From NCBI RefSeq assembly GCF_048593235.1, contig NC_133623.1, forward strand, positions 81,175,752 through 81,239,751: a DNA stretch of 64,000 bases. The letters are read 5' to 3'. A program made the position numbers and the translations under genes. The DNA comes from Sminthopsis crassicaudata (taxonomy: Eukaryota). This document shows, piece by piece, positions 59,960-64,000 of this stretch. How positions within the stretch are numbered: the first letter of the stretch is position 1; each line of letters opens with the position of its first letter. The notes under the pieces were generated by a model. The model did no database searches. It had not been told where the DNA came from and was given only the letters and a program-made list of their open reading frames with translations.

Positions 59960-60476
59960 ATGGCAGAAGGGGACGTTGTGGGAGCCCCACCTGATCACCT
60001 CTGGGTACACCAGGAAGGTGTCTACCGGGATGAATACCAGCGAACATGGATTGCATTTGTGGAAGAGGTAACGCTTGATTTTCTATTAACTTGGTTTCTA
60101 TCCATTTTCAGTCTTTGGGGAGGGTATGGTTTCAGTGTTTACAATTATTTCCCCATAGGAGACCAGTTTCATTAGGGCTCGAGTGCAGCAGGTACAGGTA
60201 CCCCTAAGTGATGCAGTCAGGCCCAGTCATCTCCCTCCCTCACAGCTACCACTAATGTGGCAGCTGTACCCCGAAGAGCACTACCTGGATAACAGCTCTA
60301 GGATATGGGAGATAGAGCACCACTTAATGGTATGTATTATGGCTAATTGTTCCCAATTTGATTTAGCCCCCTCCAGGAGAGAGGGGGAGAGAGAGAGCGC
60401 TCTATTCTTTTTTCTCTTTGTTTAACAGGTCAGGGGAGTTGAGGAGCTGTTGCTTAAGCTCTTGCCTGACGATTAA
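59960..60476 (+). CDS. MTCP1: MTCP1 p13 (TCL1 family), 3 coding exons 59960-60067, 60159-60329, 60429-60476; 108 aa
   Basis: MAEGDVVGAPPDHLWVHQEGVYRDEYQRTWIAFVEEETSFIRARVQQVQVPLSDAVRPSHLPPSQLPLMWQLYPEEHYLDNSSRIWEIEHHLMVRGVEELLLKLLPDD*; GT-AG introns of 91 and 99 nt. Confidence 0.96.
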
Positions 60477-60599
60477 TCTGGTAAATACTGATATTCTCTC
60501 TTTAGCCTTTCTTTACTTTTTATGCTTACACTTGGTTATGGAGTTTTAATGACAACATTTGTTTTCCAGGTGCTGGGATTCTAGGAAGATATGTCCATT

Positions 60600-60950
60600 T
60601 GTTGTGTACATTATATGGGAATCACTTCACCCAGCACTGAAGTGCATCTACCTTTGGGGGGAAAAGTGAAAACTGTTCAAGAACACAGCACAACAGTTTA
60701 GGAAGGAAAGTGAAGAATACTGTAAAACCGCAGGGGGAATGTTAGGTAGATACAAGGCAAGTCCAGAGGTGGTCACTGAGTCAGGACACCTAGCTTAAAA
60801 CCTCTGACTCTTGGAAAGTGCCATGGAATCTTTAATGGACATCGTCGGTCAGAACCTCCGTTTGACATCCTCACACAAAAAGCAGCACCTCCAGAAAAGA
60901 TGCCCTGATCACCAAGGACTTGGTACTGACTTAGAAGGGAGCCTTCAGCA
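60600..60950 (+). mobile_element. Ancient amniote repeat with Deu-domain-like core (AmnSINE/MamRep605-like)
   Basis: AAGTGCCATGGAATCTTTAATG...GGTCAGAACCTCCGTTTGACATC...AAGCAGCACCTCCAG resembles the recalled consensus; family name unverified. Confidence 0.5.
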
Positions 60951-61732
60951 GTCAACATGTTTTGTTTTGTTTTGTTTTTTTCCCCTCTCACCCTTCCCCG
61001 AACTTTGCATTCCTCTTTCTCCCTTCATAAAAACATCCTAGTTTTTGCTTGCATGTCTTCCATTCCAGCACTGATATACTTGGATCTACTGAAAATTTAG
61101 GAGTTCTGAGAAAGGGCACCACCCAGGTTGGCTGCAGTCTTCAAGGACCTTTCCCCTTTCAGAAATGCCACATGTCTTCAAAGTCTCAGGGAGTTTTAAA
61201 ATTCAATCTGTTTATCATATTTTATCTTTAAATAATGAACCTACTTTCTTGGAAAATTCCAAAGATATTCTTTAGGTGTTCATAGGTACTTTTGCCCAGG
61301 TAATAGCACTTCAATTGTTGTCATTTCCCAGGGATGCATTTGATTGCCCTGGTAAAGAGCTTCCTGAGATAAAGCCTAAATAGTGGGGATAGTTCAATTA
61401 CCTTCGAAATGAAGGGAAAGCCTGGGGGATGAAGGATCTTCTTGCTTTTTGGAAAGCCTTTCAATACTACTATTGTTAACAGTTCTGAAAGTAAATATAA
61501 ACTAATGTTTTCCCTAATTGAGTGAGGTTGGTACTATAAATACAGTCTGCTGATCTTGTAAAATGGCCAGAGGGTTTTGTAATTACTCTAGTGTGACTAC
61601 TTTCCAGTGATGAAGGGGTACCAAGTAATAACCTTAGATAAAAATCCCTAAGTCTCAGTATGGTTAAGAGTAGAAATTAGAGCAAAAGTAGAGCCTATGA
61701 GCCAGAAAAAAAGTTTTTTTATGAGAAAGCAA

Positions 61733-61738
61733 AATAAA
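61733..61738 (+). terminator. MTCP1: Candidate MTCP1 polyadenylation signal AATAAA
   Basis: AATAAA 33 nt upstream of the CMC4 exon acceptor. Confidence 0.4.
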
Positions 61739-61782
61739 CACTCTATAATCATATTTTTTTTCTTGTTTTAGTTTTAATGGAT

Positions 61783-61840
61783 ATGTCCCAGAAGGATCCC
61801 TGCCAGAAACAAGCCTGTGAAATACAGAAATGCTTGCAAG
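61783..61840 (+). CDS. CMC4: CMC4 (p8 MTCP1NB, twin CX9C mitochondrial protein) first coding exon; remainder not found in window
   Basis: MSQKDPCQKQACEIQKCLQ; acceptor at 61771/61772, donor GTACTT at 61841; in-frame upstream ATG at 61777. Confidence 0.93.
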
Positions 61841-63111
61841 GTACTTAACATATGGTGCTTTATTCTAGTGATTTTTTTTTTCCATTTTGTGTATGAGCTT
61901 CAAGAGTCAGACCATCCATCTGCAAGTTAACATTTAACTTGTCTCATAGTAATATCTAGTCTCTGCACTTTTTCTTTCGCTGGCTTTATTACCAGTGTAA
62001 ACTAAGGATGATTCTCTTTATGGCTCAAAAAATAGTGACAAGTTGTACTTTTTTTCAACTACATTTTATAAAGCATGATGTTAGTGGGAAAAGCACTGGA
62101 TTTAGAGTCAGAGGGCCCGAGTTCAAATTCTGGCCCTACGGCTTCCTAACTAAAAGGCATTAGACAAGATGCCTAACTACCGCTGGCAACAGTAAAACAA
62201 AGGCTTTTATTAGATGAGCCCTAAGGTCCCATCCAGTTTAGCTTTTACCCTTTGGTGTTAAAGGGGGAGAGTTGATTTTAAATGGGTCACAGACTGTGCT
62301 TGATAAATCACTTGAATGTAGGTGGAAGGGGTTCCTGTAGAAAGCTTAGAGTTCTAGATACCTACCTCAGCTGCTGCGGAAAGGTAATAATATCACTGTC
62401 CAACTGCTAAAGAATGTTCATAGCAGGGAATTCTAGCCATGAAGCTGAACTGAAAGAAGGCCCTTTAAAGAGTTTGCTTGCCTTCTTGGGCCTGATTCTC
62501 ATCCCCTCTGAACTCAAACTGCCTTTTCTTATGTGGGAAACTACTTATGATATTGGAATCCCATCACAAGTACAAAGCAGATGAGAATCGGTATAGAAGT
62601 TTTATTTTTGTTAAATTATTTAAGTCTTAAGCTATTTTTCTGAAATCTGACATGAAGTGTGTAAGACTTTTAAAAGAATTCATTTTATTAACCCTTTAGG
62701 ACAAATTTTAAGCCCTTATTTATTTACTTACCCCCTTGCCCCTCAATTTTGAGAAGGTAAGAAAATGGTTTTCCCCACATTTTAAAACTCTCTAACATGA
62801 ATGTATCTGTATACATGTACATATGATATATGCATGTCCATGTGTGCATACACATGAAAGTGTGTGTGTGTTTAATGTATAAATATACACACTTTGAAAT
62901 AATAATCACATGACCAGGACAGGTAGACCAAGAATTAAAGCAGTATTGACTCCTATTCCTGGCTGGGGTGAAGGGCAGGGAAGTGGGGGAGAAGAAAAAT
63001 GGAGAGCTAGTCATCATCCCTGTAGCTACCTACCCTTTACTGCCCTTTAATATATAAGGGAGCTAGAAAGAGCCAGTAGAGCTGCAGCAGCTTCTAATCC
63101 TTTCTCTAGAG

Positions 63112-63272
63112 CAGAAGAATGTTCTGGTCACTTCCATAATAATTGGGGGGGGGGAGTTAACTTTCAGTTAGAGGTTGGTGAAGATAAAGATGTAATTTTT
63201 TTTCTCATTGAATTTCATGGGCCCCTTGAAATCTACATAACTCCAAGGGGTTCCCTAGATTAAGAACCCCTT
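63112..63272. mobile_element. hAT MITE, degenerate left TIR
   Basis: Right end GATTAAGAACCCCTT; TSD CTCTAGAG / CTCTAGAA. Confidence 0.65.
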
Positions 63273-64000
63273 CTCTAGAACAAAGGTATACTTAATTCAA
63301 GACTTAGATCTAAGACTTGAAAGGAAGTAATACTAAGTGGTATTTTACTAATACCAAAATACTGTCTTTCAGTCATTTTGTAAGTCATATTTTCTCCTTT
63401 TTAATTCACTTACCAAGGACTGTAAAAATGCTGAAGGGATAAATGTTAGGCAGTCCCATTTAATAATACATTTAATTTTTGTGAAGTTCTGAATAAGTTG
63501 CGGGTTTTTAGTAAATAGAGGTGAGAATCTCATGTTCAAGAAAACTGAAATTCAAGCCTGTCAATAAATACAGTATTTCCTGAAAAAGAAAAAACTTGAG
63601 ATTTTACTGCCCCACCCCCTCCCCCAGATATATAGATAAATTAAATAACAAAACAGTAAATGGAGGAGGATTAATTTATATTGTCCAAGGTACCTTGAAG
63701 AGTTAATAAATGACTATCTAGGTAGCTCAATACTAGTAGGCGGTGAAAATTTTGCCTCTTTTTCTTACAGATTTTAGTTTCAATTATTTATGAGCTAAAT
63801 CTGATATAGGCTATAGAAATAACTAGTCTAGCTTAGAACCTTCCCCTAGATTAGATTCCTCCCTCATTTCCTCTTCCATTCCTCCTGCTTCATATTTTAA
63901 AGGGCCCAAACTCTCCCCTACTAATTTTAGTCAGTGGGCATGGGGAAAAAACCTCCCTTTCCCTTTACTATTTCTAATGGGTTATGCTAGCTCTCTAAGT

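Overview
Vertebrate genomic DNA, most likely a marsupial and probably a dasyurid, judged from the SINE and L1 3' ends and the BRCC3 exon set. The gene order matches human Xq28, so it is probably on the marsupial X (inference). Four protein-coding genes were reconstructed by hand from splice sites and reading phase. (1) BRCC3, minus strand, complete: 8 coding exons, 261 aa, intact JAMM motif, with an 11.3-kb U12-type AT-AC intron. (2) MTCP1 p13, plus strand, complete: 108 aa. (3) CMC4 (p8), plus strand, first coding exon only. BRCC3 and MTCP1/CMC4 share a bidirectional CpG-island promoter. (4) A phase-consistent PICALM/SNAP91-family (ANTH domain) gene on the minus strand: 16 exons and 552 codons within the window, running off the left edge. 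It is too divergent to be PICALM or SNAP91 and sits where I know of no such gene in human, so it looks like a third CALM/AP180 paralogue; this is the main finding. Other items: a degenerate 99-bp tandem array, a 14 x ~50-bp minisatellite growing from a SINE tail, hAT MITEs with TIRs and TSDs, L1/L2/MIR/SINE fragments and a 248-N gap. All homology calls come from recalled sequences; no database search was run.
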